This document shows positions 27,508 through 37,120 of a stretch of 58,133 bases of DNA, piece by piece. The notes under the pieces were generated by a model. It was not told where the DNA came from. It ran no database searches and saw only the letters and a list, made by a program, of their open reading frames with translations. The stretch spans positions 1 through 58,133 of the forward strand of contig JBEKZI010000004.1 in assembly GCA_049510055.1 (NCBI GenBank). The letters are read 5' to 3'. A program made the translations under genes and the position numbers. This DNA is from Phycisphaerae bacterium (GTDB lineage: Bacteria > Planctomycetota > Phycisphaerae > SM23-33). The first letter of the stretch is position 1, and every line of letters begins with the position of its first letter.

Positions 27508-28668
27508 ATGACGAAGGCTAACGTCCACAAGATCGGCATCATCATGAACGGTGTCACCGGCCGCATGGGCACCCATCAGCATCTCATGCGGTCGATTGTC
27601 GCCATTATTCGCCAGGGCGGCGTCAAGACCGCAGATGGCCGGAGCATCATGCCCGATCCGGTCCTGGTGGGGCGGAACATCGACAAGCTAAAGGACCTGT
27701 CGGCCACCTCCGGCGTGCAGAAGTTCACGACCCACCTGGATGGGGCCCTGGCCGACCCGCGCAACGTGATTTATTTCGACGCCCAGACCACCCCGCTCCG
27801 CGCGGCCGCCGTCTCCAAGGCCATCGCCGCCGGTAAGCACATCTATTGCGAGAAGCCCACCGGCGTGTCCACCGCCGAGGCTTACGACCTGTACCTCCGC
27901 GCCCGCCAGGCCGGCGTCAAGCATGGCGTGGTGCAGGACAAGTTGTGGCTGCCGGGGCTGCGAAAGCTGGCGCGGCTGCGGGAGGAGGGGTTCTTCGGGC
28001 GGATTCTGTCGGTCCGCGGGGAGTTCGGCTACTGGGTGTTCGAGGGCGACCGCGTGCCGCCTCAGCGTCCGAGTTGGAATTATCGCAAAGCCGACGGCGG
28101 CGGCATCATCATCGACATGTTCTGCCACTGGCGCTACGTGCTGGACCGGCTTTTCGGGCAGGTCCGGGCCGTCTCGTGCCTGGGCGCCACGCACATTCCC
28201 CGGCGGTGGGACGAGGCGGGCAAGCCCTACGAGTGCACCGCCGACGACGCCGCCTACGCCACCTTTGAGCTGGAAGGCGGCGTCGTGGCGCAGTTCAACT
28301 CCTCCTGGACCGTCCGCGTGCGGCGCGACGATCTGCTGACGATCCAGGTGGACGGCACCGAAGGCTCCGCCGTGGCCGGGCTGCGGAAATGCTGGGCTCA
28401 GCCCTACGGCGCCACGCCGCGGCCGACGTGGAACCCCGACGTGGATTCGCCCATCGACTTCTTCGCCGGCTGGACGCCCGTGCCCGACCAGGAAGTCTAC
28501 GACAATGCCTTCAAGGCCCAATGGGAGCTTTTCCTTCGTCACGTGGCCGGGGGCGAGCCGTTCCCCTGGACGCTGCTGGAAGGCGCCAAGGGCGTGCAGT
28601 TGGCTGAGAAGGGCCTGGAATCCTGGGCCAAGCACGCCCGGGTGGCCGTGCCGCCCCTGGCGAGCTGA
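27508..28668 (+). CDS. Gfo/Idh/MocA family oxidoreductase
   Basis: N-terminal Rossmann segment IGIIMNGVTGRMG, then HIYCEKP, with a family-typical C-terminal alpha/beta domain. Confidence 0.85.
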   Translation: MTKANVHKIGIIMNGVTGRMGTHQHLMRSIVAIIRQGGVKTADGRSIMPDPVLVGRNIDKLKDLSATSGVQKFTTHLDGALADPRNVIYFDAQTTPLRAAAVSKAIAAGKHIYCEKPTGVSTAEAYDLYLRARQAGVKHGVVQDKLWLPGLRKLARLREEGFFGRILSVRGEFGYWVFEGDRVPPQRPSWNYRKADGGGIIIDMFCHWRYVLDRLFGQVRAVSCLGATHIPRRWDEAGKPYECTADDAAYATFELEGGVVAQFNSSWTVRVRRDDLLTIQVDGTEGSAVAGLRKCWAQPYGATPRPTWNPDVDSPIDFFAGWTPVPDQEVYDNAFKAQWELFLRHVAGGEPFPWTLLEGAKGVQLAEKGLESWAKHARVAVPPLAS

Positions 28669-28719
28669 AATTCTTTACCGCCGCACCCTGTTCTCCCCCG
28701 TATCCGTCTGCAATTTCCA

Positions 28720-29955
28720 TCACGGCGCGGCGGCGGGCTGAGTCGCCGACGTTAACTTGTGAAGGGCGGTCGCCGCTTCTGAATTGTGGGAAAGGTCTAT
28801 TTCTTTGACGGGGGCGGCCCCCAGCAGTTGCTGGATTACCACTTTTTTGCCGTAGCGGGAAAGTTGGATCTCGACGATGGATCTCGACGGGCAGCTGAGC
28901 AGGGCATTCTGAAACGCCTCCGGCGTGGGCGTGGCTTGGCCGGCAAGGGACAGGATAACGTCATCCACACAGATCTTGCCTTCGCGCCCAGCCGGGGACC
29001 ATCGGGAGAAGCCGGTGACCTGCACGCCGTTAGCCGCCGGTTTCACTCCGGCGCCGAGGTACGCCACGACGCCGATCATCGGCTTGGATATTTGCAGGTC
29101 GGTCATCCATTGTTGCCAGTCGGTCTCGATGTCCTTGAGGTCCTTGCCTAAGACCGTCGTCAAGGCCAGCTCGCCGGTGCGGTCCTTGCCGTAATTGGCC
29201 TTGTAGGTGTCGTAGAAGGTGGAAAGTTTGCCCAGGCTGTACAGGTAGTACAGCAAGGCCCCGGCTTGCGGATAGCAGATTTCCGCCTGCTGCATGAATT
29301 GGGCGTGGTCTTTGCGGAGCAACTCGGCCAGGGGAAGGGCGCAGCCTTCCTGCACAATCATCTTAGCCAAGGCCACCCTGTATCCAGCCTCGATCTGGAG
29401 GGTACTGTGAAGCGCCGGGCGCGACTGCTGGAACAGCACCGCCAGGCCCTCGACGAGCCATGTGGGATGTTCCTGGTTGGCCAGCGCCTGGTCGTTGTCA
29501 TGGAGGGCGTGCGTAAATTCGTGAATCAACGAGGAGCTGACGCTGCTGGTGAGCAAAACTTTTGCCGCGGGGAAATAAATGCCGGCCGTCGTGTCGGCCT
29601 GAGGGGCGATCCGGCGGAAGTCTTCCAATTTCGGGATGAGGATGGCCACGTTCCATTGCAGCGGAGAGTGAAACAACATCGCCTGTTCCGCGTCGGCGTA
29701 CGTTTCCAGCGTCTTGGCTATCACGAGTTGTACCGTGGATTTGTCTTGCACGTAGACGTAGACCAGATGGCGCGGAAAATCGATGCGGTAGGTATAACCC
29801 GCCCCCAAGTATCGGATAAGCGCCTTGGCGATGAGGTCGGCTCGGCGATAGAGCTCGGCCTTGCCAACCTGCGGTGCGGCCGGCGGGGACGCCCCCAGCA
29901 AGGCCGCCATGCTCAAACACGCAGCCGCGATGGACCCACACATAAACTTACGCAT
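28720..29955 (-). CDS. Secreted HExxH metallopeptidase-like protein with C-terminal PDZ domain (DUF1570/peptidase-MA-like)
   Basis: Signal peptide. HEFTHALH zinc motif followed by WLVEGLAVLF. C-terminal GAGVKPAANGVQVTGFSRWSPAGREGKICVDDVILSLAG is PDZ-like. Confidence 0.75.
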   Translation of the reverse strand: MRKFMCGSIAAACLSMAALLGASPPAAPQVGKAELYRRADLIAKALIRYLGAGYTYRIDFPRHLVYVYVQDKSTVQLVIAKTLETYADAEQAMLFHSPLQWNVAILIPKLEDFRRIAPQADTTAGIYFPAAKVLLTSSVSSSLIHEFTHALHDNDQALANQEHPTWLVEGLAVLFQQSRPALHSTLQIEAGYRVALAKMIVQEGCALPLAELLRKDHAQFMQQAEICYPQAGALLYYLYSLGKLSTFYDTYKANYGKDRTGELALTTVLGKDLKDIETDWQQWMTDLQISKPMIGVVAYLGAGVKPAANGVQVTGFSRWSPAGREGKICVDDVILSLAGQATPTPEAFQNALLSCPSRSIVEIQLSRYGKKVVIQQLLGAAPVKEIDLSHNSEAATALHKLTSATQPAAAP

Positions 29956-30124
29956 GCACCCCAGCCTCCGCGAGACTTAAGTCAGCCCTGCCAACAACGG
30001 TACCGCCCGACGTGCCGGTCCCCATGCTACAGGACCGCCGTCCGCCCCACAAGGACGGCGCGGGCACGGCCGTGGAGAGTTTTGGTCTTGTCAACGGTTG
30101 GAGGAGGGGGTACAAGACAGTGGC

Positions 30125-30529
30125 ATGAGGACCATGAGGGTGCTCATTCTGGCGGGCCTGTGCCTTGCGGCCGGCGGCTGTCTGGAACGCCAGATGACCA
30201 TCACGTCCCAACCCGCTGGAGCGCTGGTTTACGTCTCCGACGTCGAGGTCGGCCGGACGCCCGTCACCCTCCCGTTCACCTGGTACGGCGATTACGACAT
30301 CATCCTTCGCCTGGACGGTTACGAGACGCTCAAGACGCACGCCAAGATCTACCCACCCATCTACGAAGTGCCTCCCTTCGACCTGCTGAGCGAGCTGGCG
30401 CCGTGGACCTACCGGGACCGTCGCTATCTGGACTACACGCTTCACTCCCTCAGCCTCCCCGCGGACGAAAAGCTCATTCAGCAGGCCGAGAACATGCGTC
30501 AAGAGAACCTCCGCCCCGTGAAGCCTTAG
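30125..30529 (+). CDS. PEGA-domain lipoprotein
   Basis: Lipobox LAAGGC. ITSQPAGALVYVSDVEVGRTPVTLP is the PEGA motif. Confidence 0.8.
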   Translation: MRTMRVLILAGLCLAAGGCLERQMTITSQPAGALVYVSDVEVGRTPVTLPFTWYGDYDIILRLDGYETLKTHAKIYPPIYEVPPFDLLSELAPWTYRDRRYLDYTLHSLSLPADEKLIQQAENMRQENLRPVKP

Positions 30530-30558
30530 CGTTAGGGCGGCGGGGGAGATTGCCCCTA

Positions 30559-31431
30559 TCATGCCGGCGCGGGTTTTTCGGTGCCGGTGGTATCCTGCGG
30601 CTCAGGAGTTCCCCCTTCCAAGTCCCGTTGAATTTCCGTCACTTCAGGGAACCACTTGGCCAGGCTGCTCAGATCGGTCTGGCGCGTGCTGGAGTGGCTG
30701 ATGTTGTCGTCGATCCGATAGACCTCTCCCTTGGCATCGAAATAACAGGTCTCGTCTATTTCCCCTTGAATGAAGTGGCTCTCCAGACGGACCTGGTCCG
30801 GACCGTGAGGGGTCATGGTGATGGAGGTGAAGTGGACGCGGTTTTCCAGGAGGGACTCGGGATTGAGCGTAAAGCAGAACCTCGCCGTGGTTCCGCTCTT
30901 GGCCACCTCAGCCGCCACCAGGTCTCTGAGTCCTTCGGGGATATAGTTCGCTGGCGCCGCCGTAGTGGCCTGTGCCTGGCTTCCCGCCCTTTGCCGCGTG
31001 ACAGTCACCAGACCGTTACTGAGGACAATCTGAGTGTCAGGCAGGCCCCGGCCGCCGAGCGTGGCTGCGTAGGAGCCTTTGGTGGCCGCGGCGTTCAAGG
31101 CCCAGCTTTCTCCCTGCTGCTCGCCGCCCAGGCGCCTCAGCGTGGCGCCGGAATACCCTTGGCCGATCGGTTTCCGCACGATCACCATGTAGCCCACGGG
31201 GCGGTTGGACGCGTCTTGTATGAGGTACCACCGAATGGATTCCTTGGAGCCCCAATAGGACGGCAGCGTCTTGGCGCGGATCCGGCGGAGGATGTCCTCG
31301 CCACGATCGGCAGGGATGTGCCTTTGCCACACCAGCGACCAGGCCGCCAGCACGCTGGCGCCCAGAATGGCCAGCAGGACCGCCGTCAGAATGAGCGGGC
31401 GATGTCGTTCCCACGGGGACATGCGACACAT
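30559..31431 (-). CDS. Hypothetical membrane-anchored protein
   Basis: One N-terminal TM (PLILTAVLLAILGASVLAAW). No family recognised. Start set at ATG 31431/31422 because the longer tracked ORF would overlap lnt and is Arg/Pro-rich. Confidence 0.6.
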   Translation of the reverse strand: MCRMSPWERHRPLILTAVLLAILGASVLAAWSLVWQRHIPADRGEDILRRIRAKTLPSYWGSKESIRWYLIQDASNRPVGYMVIVRKPIGQGYSGATLRRLGGEQQGESWALNAAATKGSYAATLGGRGLPDTQIVLSNGLVTVTRQRAGSQAQATTAAPANYIPEGLRDLVAAEVAKSGTTARFCFTLNPESLLENRVHFTSITMTPHGPDQVRLESHFIQGEIDETCYFDAKGEVYRIDDNISHSSTRQTDLSSLAKWFPEVTEIQRDLEGGTPEPQDTTGTEKPAPA

Positions 31432-31534
31432 CCTACGCCGGAAAACCGCGAAGTAAAGAATAACCCTTTCCGGCCCAGACTCATCCGGCGCCCTTGACGT
31501 TCCTGCCGGCGGCCGTAACAATGGCCCGGCAACG

Positions 31535-33358
31535 ATGGGCCGACCGACAGAGACCCGAGGTGTCATCCTGGGGATCCAGGACAATCCGCCGCCGTCGATC
31601 TTCCAAGGGCGTCTGGAGTTGCGCCGCCCCTGGAGCGTGGCGCTGTTTTGCCTTCTGACCACCGTCTTGCTGACGGTGTCTTTTGCGCCTTTCAACTGTT
31701 GGCCGCTGGCGTATGTCGCTTTAGTTCCCTGGGCCATGGCGGTGGGCGGGAGCCGGGACGCCGGCGGGGTGTTGTGGGCGACGGTGGCGGGGGCGATATT
31801 CTGGGCGGGCAATCTTTACTGGCTGTGGTGGATCACCCTGTGGGGATACACCGGCATGGTGATCTATCTGACGGCCTACTGGTGGGTGGCGGCGCTGCTG
31901 CTGAAAGGAGCCTTCCGCCAGCGTTTGCCGATGTGGCTAGTGCTGCCGGTGGTCTGGACGTCCCTGGAATACGCCCGCGCGCACGTCATCAGCGGTTTTC
32001 CCTGGTTCTTTCTGGCCCACAGCCAGTACAGCCGCACCGCGCTGATTCAGATATCCGACGTGCTCGGCCAATACGGGGTGTCGTTCTTTGTGGCGATGGT
32101 CAACGGCGCGATCGTCGACCTGGTCACGTTTCCGCTGTTCATCCGGCCCGAAGGCGGCGGCCCGCCCCGCCTGTCGCGACACGTGTTGGGGGGGTTGGGG
32201 CTTTCGGCGGCCGCGGCCGTGGCGATGCTCGCCTACGGCTCTTGGCGGCTGGGCCAGCAGACCACCCGGCCGGGGCCGGTCATCGGCATCGTCCAGCAGG
32301 CCTTCCCGATCACGCTGGAAGGACGGGACAACTCCTCCCAGGAGATTCTCGACGCCCATCTGACCGCGAGCCTGGCCTTCCTGGGCAGCGGGTGCGACCT
32401 GGTCATCTGGCCGGAAACCATGCTCCCGGAGGGCATGAATGAGGAATTTTTGAACCTCGACGAGCAGCAGCTCACCCCTCAGGGCCAACAGATATTCGAG
32501 GATCTTCGCCAGCAGACCCAAAACGTGGTGAGGCTGGTGAAGCAATTGGGCTGTCCTCTCCTGGCGGGGGGGGTCTGCGTTCGGCGCAATCCCAATCCGC
32601 TGCCCGGCGAAGGGGCCTGGTTGATGTACAACGGCGCCCTGTGGTTTGACGGCTCGCAGCCTTGGGCCGGCCAATATTACGCCAAGATGCACCTGGTGCC
32701 GTTCGGCGAATATGTGCCGTTCCGGCAAACCTGGCCGGCGTTGTACAAGCTCCTGCGGGGATTCGTGCCGTCGGTGATGTCTCAACTGGACCCCGGCACG
32801 AACCCCACGGGGTTTGAATTAGTACGAAACGATGAACGATGGACGGTGGTCACCCCGATCTGCTACGAAGGGGTGTTCGCCCGCGTGTGCCGCAAGCTGG
32901 TCATGCGAGGCCGCGTCAAGACGGCGGATATCGTGGCGAATCTCTCCAATGACGGCTGGTTCGTTTGGAGGTGGGGCGATGGCCCGTACCACGGCAGCAT
33001 GGAGCAGGCCCAGCACCTGGTGCAGTCCTGTTTCCGGGCCGTGGAGCTTCGCACGCCGGTGGTCCGGGTCGTCAACACGGGCATCAGCGGCTCGATCGAC
33101 TCCTGCGGCCGGATCGTCGCCCTGGCCGGCGGGGGGATGCGGACCATGATCTGCACGACGCTTCTGCTGGATGGGGCCATCGGGCCGGACGGCCGCCCTT
33201 TGCCCGGTCACGGCCCAAAGGTTCTTGTGGACGACCGCGTCAGTTTGTATAGTCTTGCGGGCGATGTGTTTGTCGATGCTGTGGCGCTGGCTGGCTTGGC
33301 GTTGGTCGCAGGACTCGTGCTCAGCAGATCCAGGACGCGCTCAAAGGATAAACCGTGA
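31535..33358 (+). CDS. lnt: Apolipoprotein N-acyltransferase
   Basis: Polytopic N-half and a CN-hydrolase C-half containing ICYEGVF with the catalytic Cys. 607 aa. Confidence 0.9.
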   Translation: MGRPTETRGVILGIQDNPPPSIFQGRLELRRPWSVALFCLLTTVLLTVSFAPFNCWPLAYVALVPWAMAVGGSRDAGGVLWATVAGAIFWAGNLYWLWWITLWGYTGMVIYLTAYWWVAALLLKGAFRQRLPMWLVLPVVWTSLEYARAHVISGFPWFFLAHSQYSRTALIQISDVLGQYGVSFFVAMVNGAIVDLVTFPLFIRPEGGGPPRLSRHVLGGLGLSAAAAVAMLAYGSWRLGQQTTRPGPVIGIVQQAFPITLEGRDNSSQEILDAHLTASLAFLGSGCDLVIWPETMLPEGMNEEFLNLDEQQLTPQGQQIFEDLRQQTQNVVRLVKQLGCPLLAGGVCVRRNPNPLPGEGAWLMYNGALWFDGSQPWAGQYYAKMHLVPFGEYVPFRQTWPALYKLLRGFVPSVMSQLDPGTNPTGFELVRNDERWTVVTPICYEGVFARVCRKLVMRGRVKTADIVANLSNDGWFVWRWGDGPYHGSMEQAQHLVQSCFRAVELRTPVVRVVNTGISGSIDSCGRIVALAGGGMRTMICTTLLLDGAIGPDGRPLPGHGPKVLVDDRVSLYSLAGDVFVDAVALAGLALVAGLVLSRSRTRSKDKP

Positions 33359-34698
33359 TTACGAAGTTGCGGTTGCTCAGTATGGCGACAGGGGGGGTTT
33401 TCGCGGTGGTGATCGGCTTGGCGGGCTGCGAGCCGCAGAAAATTTCCACAGCAGACCTCGGCAAGGCCTACGCCGACGCCAGGGCGACTCTGAACCGCTG
33501 CCTGGTCGATCCGGACCCTTTCACGCGATCTCGGGCCATCGAAGCGCTGGCGGACACCATAGGGCTGCACGCGGGTCCTGAGTATGAGAAGGCCTTGTCC
33601 GATCCTGCTCCGCCGGTTCGCTTTGCCGCCGCCTTGGCCGTTGGAGATACCCGCTATGCCCCCGCCAAGAATTATCTGCTGAGGATGGCCGAGGATAAGA
33701 CTTTGGAGCCCGACCGCCGCGTCATGCCCGCGGTGATTTATGCCCTCTATCGCCTGGGAGACGCCACCTACGCCTCGGATTTGTTCACGCTGCTGTTCGA
33801 CCCGGAGAAGGAAGTCCGCGCCAACGCGGCCCTGGCCATGGGCAAGATGCAGGAGCCTTCGGCCGTCGGCCCGCTCAAGACGCGGCTGGGCGACGAGCAG
33901 GACCCCCTCGTGCGGTTGCAGATTATCGAGTCGCTGGCCATGCTGGGCGACGCGGCCAGTTCGTTGAGCCTGGAGGCCTACACCAAGAAAACCCCCTTCA
34001 TCGATGAGCGGCTGGTGGCTATTCCCGCCATGGCCCGCGTCCACTCGTCAAATGCCCTCCAGGTGCTGAACGAACTGTTGGCGGCGACTCGCCAGCCTCC
34101 GCGCGTTCGCGTCTCGGCAGCCGGCGCGCTGGGCATGTTGGGGCAATCCAGCCCGGTGGGCTTGGCCCTGTGCCGGGAGGCGGCCGCCGATCCCCAAAAG
34201 GTGCTGGACAAATCCTATGGCGGACGGAGGACGGGCAGCGAATTGGAGGCCGGCTCCCTTCAGAGGCTGGCGGCCCTGGCGCTGGGTTGGCTGGGCAACG
34301 ATTATACCGTCGCGGATCTCTATCCCCTGCTGCACAACAGCGATGGATCAGTTCGCGTCGCCGCGGCGATGAGCATTTTGCGCCTCCTGCCGGCGTATCA
34401 GCAACCTCTTCCGCCTTCAGCCTTAGGGCCGTCGCAGCCAGCGGCGCCGTCGCCGGAACAGCCCGCCGGGCAGCCGGCAGCGCCGTCCACGGTGCCGGCG
34501 GTAGCACCGCCGGTGGAAACGCCGCCAGCGCCGCCGGTAGCGGCGCCGATAGAGCAACCGCCACAGCAGCCGGTGGTCCAGCCGATCCCGGCTCAGCCTT
34601 CCTCCCAGCCGGCCGTCGCACCGTCCAGCCCGCCCCCCCCGACGACCAGGCAGCCGGCGGGGACGTGGAAGCTTCGTACCGCGGGCGGCAAAGATTGA
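33355..34698 (+). CDS. HEAT-repeat lipoprotein with Pro-rich C-terminal tail
   Basis: Lipobox GLAGC. Repeated HEAT-like units (DPFTRSRAIEALA, PAPPVRFAAALAVG, EKEVRANAALAMG, DPLVRLQIIESLA, DGSVRVAAAMSIL). GTGA overlap with lnt. Confidence 0.8.
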   Translation: MITKLRLLSMATGGVFAVVIGLAGCEPQKISTADLGKAYADARATLNRCLVDPDPFTRSRAIEALADTIGLHAGPEYEKALSDPAPPVRFAAALAVGDTRYAPAKNYLLRMAEDKTLEPDRRVMPAVIYALYRLGDATYASDLFTLLFDPEKEVRANAALAMGKMQEPSAVGPLKTRLGDEQDPLVRLQIIESLAMLGDAASSLSLEAYTKKTPFIDERLVAIPAMARVHSSNALQVLNELLAATRQPPRVRVSAAGALGMLGQSSPVGLALCREAAADPQKVLDKSYGGRRTGSELEAGSLQRLAALALGWLGNDYTVADLYPLLHNSDGSVRVAAAMSILRLLPAYQQPLPPSALGPSQPAAPSPEQPAGQPAAPSTVPAVAPPVETPPAPPVAAPIEQPPQQPVVQPIPAQPSSQPAVAPSSPPPPTTRQPAGTWKLRTAGGKD

Positions 34699-34742
34699 GA
34701 ATTAAAAGAAGCCTCTGGAGCGATGCGGACGATGAAATTTGC

Positions 34743-34770
34743 TTGACTTGGCAAGGGTGAAAAATAGAAT
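34743..34770 (+). promoter_or_regulatory. sigma70-type promoter
   Basis: TTGACT (34743-34748), 16 nt, TAGAAT (34765-34770). Same architecture as the fliA promoter. A 93-nt leader ends in AAGGAG, 7 nt before TTG 34864. Confidence 0.55.
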
Positions 34771-34863
34771 CGCCCTATAGCCTCTTGCTCTGCGGGGGTT
34801 TGACCCCGGGGCGACGTGCGGCCTGGCAGGGCGAGCGGTGCGTGCGTACAAAGGAGATAGCGC

Positions 34864-35715
34864 TTGGGTATCCTCACGAAGGTCGCCATCGTCGTTCTCG
34901 TGGCGCTTATCCTGTTGGCCTGTCCGGTGTTTATCACCCAGGCCACGGTGGCGCCCGAGTACCTCATGTACTGGAAGGCCAGCAAGACGGAAAACGATAT
35001 CAACGCCCAGGCCGTCCGCGCCAGGGAGCTTGCGCTTCAGCAGATGACGGCGGAGCGCGATCGTCTGGCTGCCTCGCTGACCAAGGACACCGGATCCATG
35101 CAGGCGGAGATTGACCGCCTCAAGGCCGACCTGTCCAGCGAGCATCAGCGGTCGGCCAAGCAGGACAACGACCTGGCCTTGATCAACAGCGAGCTGGCCA
35201 AGCTCCGCACCGACTACCAGTCCAACAGCGAGCGGACCAAAGCCCTGACCGAGCAGCGGGACGACGCGTTCAAGAAAATCCAGATGCTGAACGACGAGAC
35301 CCGCCGCCTCAGCGACCAGCTCAAGCAGACGCAGCTCGACATGGACCGCCAGACCGGGATTATCAAGACGCTGCGCGAGCAGCTGGTGGAACGAGACGAC
35401 CGCATCCGGCAGATGGAGGCGCAGTTCGGCGTCAAGGCGCCGCCCGCCACGCCCGGGGCAGGTGCCGAGGCCGTCGCCCGTCCGGTTGTGCCCATCGCCG
35501 GTACGGTGACCAGCGTCCGTGGCGACCTGGCGAGCATCAACATCGGCTCGGCCAAGGGCGTCAAGAGCGGCATGCAATTGATCATTTATCGCGGTGCTGA
35601 ATACGTCGCCAAGCTCCGCGTGGATCAGGTGGACGTGAACCAATCAGCGGGGGTCATCACCGATAAGCGACTGGACCCGCTTCTGGGCGACAAAGTCACC
35701 GACAGGTTGGAATAG
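34864..35715 (+). CDS. Membrane-anchored coiled-coil protein with small C-terminal beta domain
   Basis: N-terminal TM (VAIVVLVALILLACPVFI). About 170 aa of heptad-like Gln/Leu/Asp/Arg-rich sequence. C-terminal GTVTSVRGDLASINIGSAKGVKSGMQLIIYRG...VDQVDVNQSAGVI. TTG start supported by the RBS. Confidence 0.7.
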   Translation: MGILTKVAIVVLVALILLACPVFITQATVAPEYLMYWKASKTENDINAQAVRARELALQQMTAERDRLAASLTKDTGSMQAEIDRLKADLSSEHQRSAKQDNDLALINSELAKLRTDYQSNSERTKALTEQRDDAFKKIQMLNDETRRLSDQLKQTQLDMDRQTGIIKTLREQLVERDDRIRQMEAQFGVKAPPATPGAGAEAVARPVVPIAGTVTSVRGDLASINIGSAKGVKSGMQLIIYRGAEYVAKLRVDQVDVNQSAGVITDKRLDPLLGDKVTDRLE

Positions 35716-35726
35716 CAGGAATACGC

Positions 35727-35930
35727 ATGACGCAACTTCCCGCTCAGCCTCCCATTCAGGTCAAGCCCCAGCCCGATATCTACACCGTGCTGATCTTGGT
35801 GGCGATCCTGGGCCTGGTGCTGACCATTGGCGTGTCGCTATACTACCTCCTGGCCTCGCCGCCCATCGGCTGCGGTTTGTCGTTGAGCGACCTGTTCGGC
35901 AAGGTGGCTCCGCTGAGTACCGGAAGGTAG
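35727..35930 (+). CDS. Small (67 aa) single-pass membrane protein
   Basis: Hydrophobic core IYTVLILVAILGLVLTIGVSLYYLLA. Coding-like GC3. Lies 11 nt after the coiled-coil gene. Confidence 0.5.
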   Translation: MTQLPAQPPIQVKPQPDIYTVLILVAILGLVLTIGVSLYYLLASPPIGCGLSLSDLFGKVAPLSTGR

Positions 35931-36013
35931 CGCACTTTAAGCCGTCGCCCGTCCCGCCGGGACGGGGTGCTTTGGGTGACGGACGCAGGTCTGGCTAAGA
36001 AAATGGATTTGCC

Positions 36014-37063
36014 ATGATCTTCGACTCCATATTAGGTCTGTTCTCGATGGACATGGGCATCGACCTGGGCACGTGCAACACCCTGGTCTGCGTCCGGGGT
36101 CAGGGGATCGTCCTGAACGAGCCGTCGGTGGTGGCCGTCAAACGCGGCACCAACCGCGTGCTCCAGAACGGCAACGCCGTCGGCATGGTGGCCAAGGAAA
36201 TGCTGGGCAAGACCCCCGGCTCCATCACGGCCATCCGCCCGATGAAAGACGGCGTCATCGCGGACTTCGACATCACCGAGGCGATGCTCAGCTACTTCAT
36301 CCGCAAGGTGCACCGCCGCCGCACGCTGATCAAGCCGCGCGTGGTCATCGCCGTGCCGTCGGGCATCACGGCCGTGGAGAAGCGGGCCGTGCTGAACTCG
36401 GCCGAGCGGGCGGGGGCGCGCAAGGTGTACCTGGTGGAAGAGCCCATGGCCTGCGGCATCGGCGCCGGGCTGCCCATCACCGAGCCGATGGCCTCGATGA
36501 TCGTAGACATCGGCGGCGGCACCACCGAAGTGGCCATCATGAGCCTGGCCGACATCTCCGTCTGCGAGTCGATCCGCGTGGCCGGCGACGACATGGACGA
36601 AGCCATCGCCGCCCACATGAAGCGGACCTACAACCTGATGATCGGCGAGCAGACCTCCGAGCGGGTCAAGATCGAGATCGGCTCAGCCGCTCCGCTGGAG
36701 AAGGAACTGACGATGGAAGTCCGCGGCCGCGACATGATCTCCGGCCTGCCGCGGAAGACCGTCATCTCCTCCGAAGAGGTTCGCGAGGCCCTCAAGGAGC
36801 CCGTGGGCGAGATCATCGACGCCGTCACGCGGGCCCTGGAACGCGCCGAACCGGAACTGGCCGCCGACCTGGTGGACAACGGTATCACGCTGGCCGGCGG
36901 CGGGGCGCTGCTGCGCGGCATGGACGTCGTCCTGGCCAACGCCACCGGCCTGGGCGTCCGCCTGGCCGACGATCCGCTGACCTGCGTCGCCCGCGGCACG
37001 GCGGTGTACCTGGAAAACATCGAGCTGTGGAAGGACATCCTGGAGAGCGACGAGGAAATGTAA
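36014..37063 (+). CDS. mreB: Rod-shape determining actin homologue MreB
   Basis: [34 protein letters not shown] and [15 protein letters not shown]. Confidence 0.96.
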   Translation: MIFDSILGLFSMDMGIDLGTCNTLVCVRGQGIVLNEPSVVAVKRGTNRVLQNGNAVGMVAKEMLGKTPGSITAIRPMKDGVIADFDITEAMLSYFIRKVHRRRTLIKPRVVIAVPSGITAVEKRAVLNSAERAGARKVYLVEEPMACGIGAGLPITEPMASMIVDIGGGTTEVAIMSLADISVCESIRVAGDDMDEAIAAHMKRTYNLMIGEQTSERVKIEIGSAAPLEKELTMEVRGRDMISGLPRKTVISSEEVREALKEPVGEIIDAVTRALERAEPELAADLVDNGITLAGGGALLRGMDVVLANATGLGVRLADDPLTCVARGTAVYLENIELWKDILESDEEM

Positions 37064-37097
37064 CTGCCGGGGACCGGGGGCGAAAAATATTCGAGCG

Positions 37098-37120
37098 AAG
37101 CCCTGTGAGGGCTTTTTTTA
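37098..37120 (+). terminator. Rho-independent terminator (shared by convergent mreB and cinA)
   Basis: AAGCCCT-GTG-AGGGCTT followed by TTTTTA. Confidence 0.7.
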
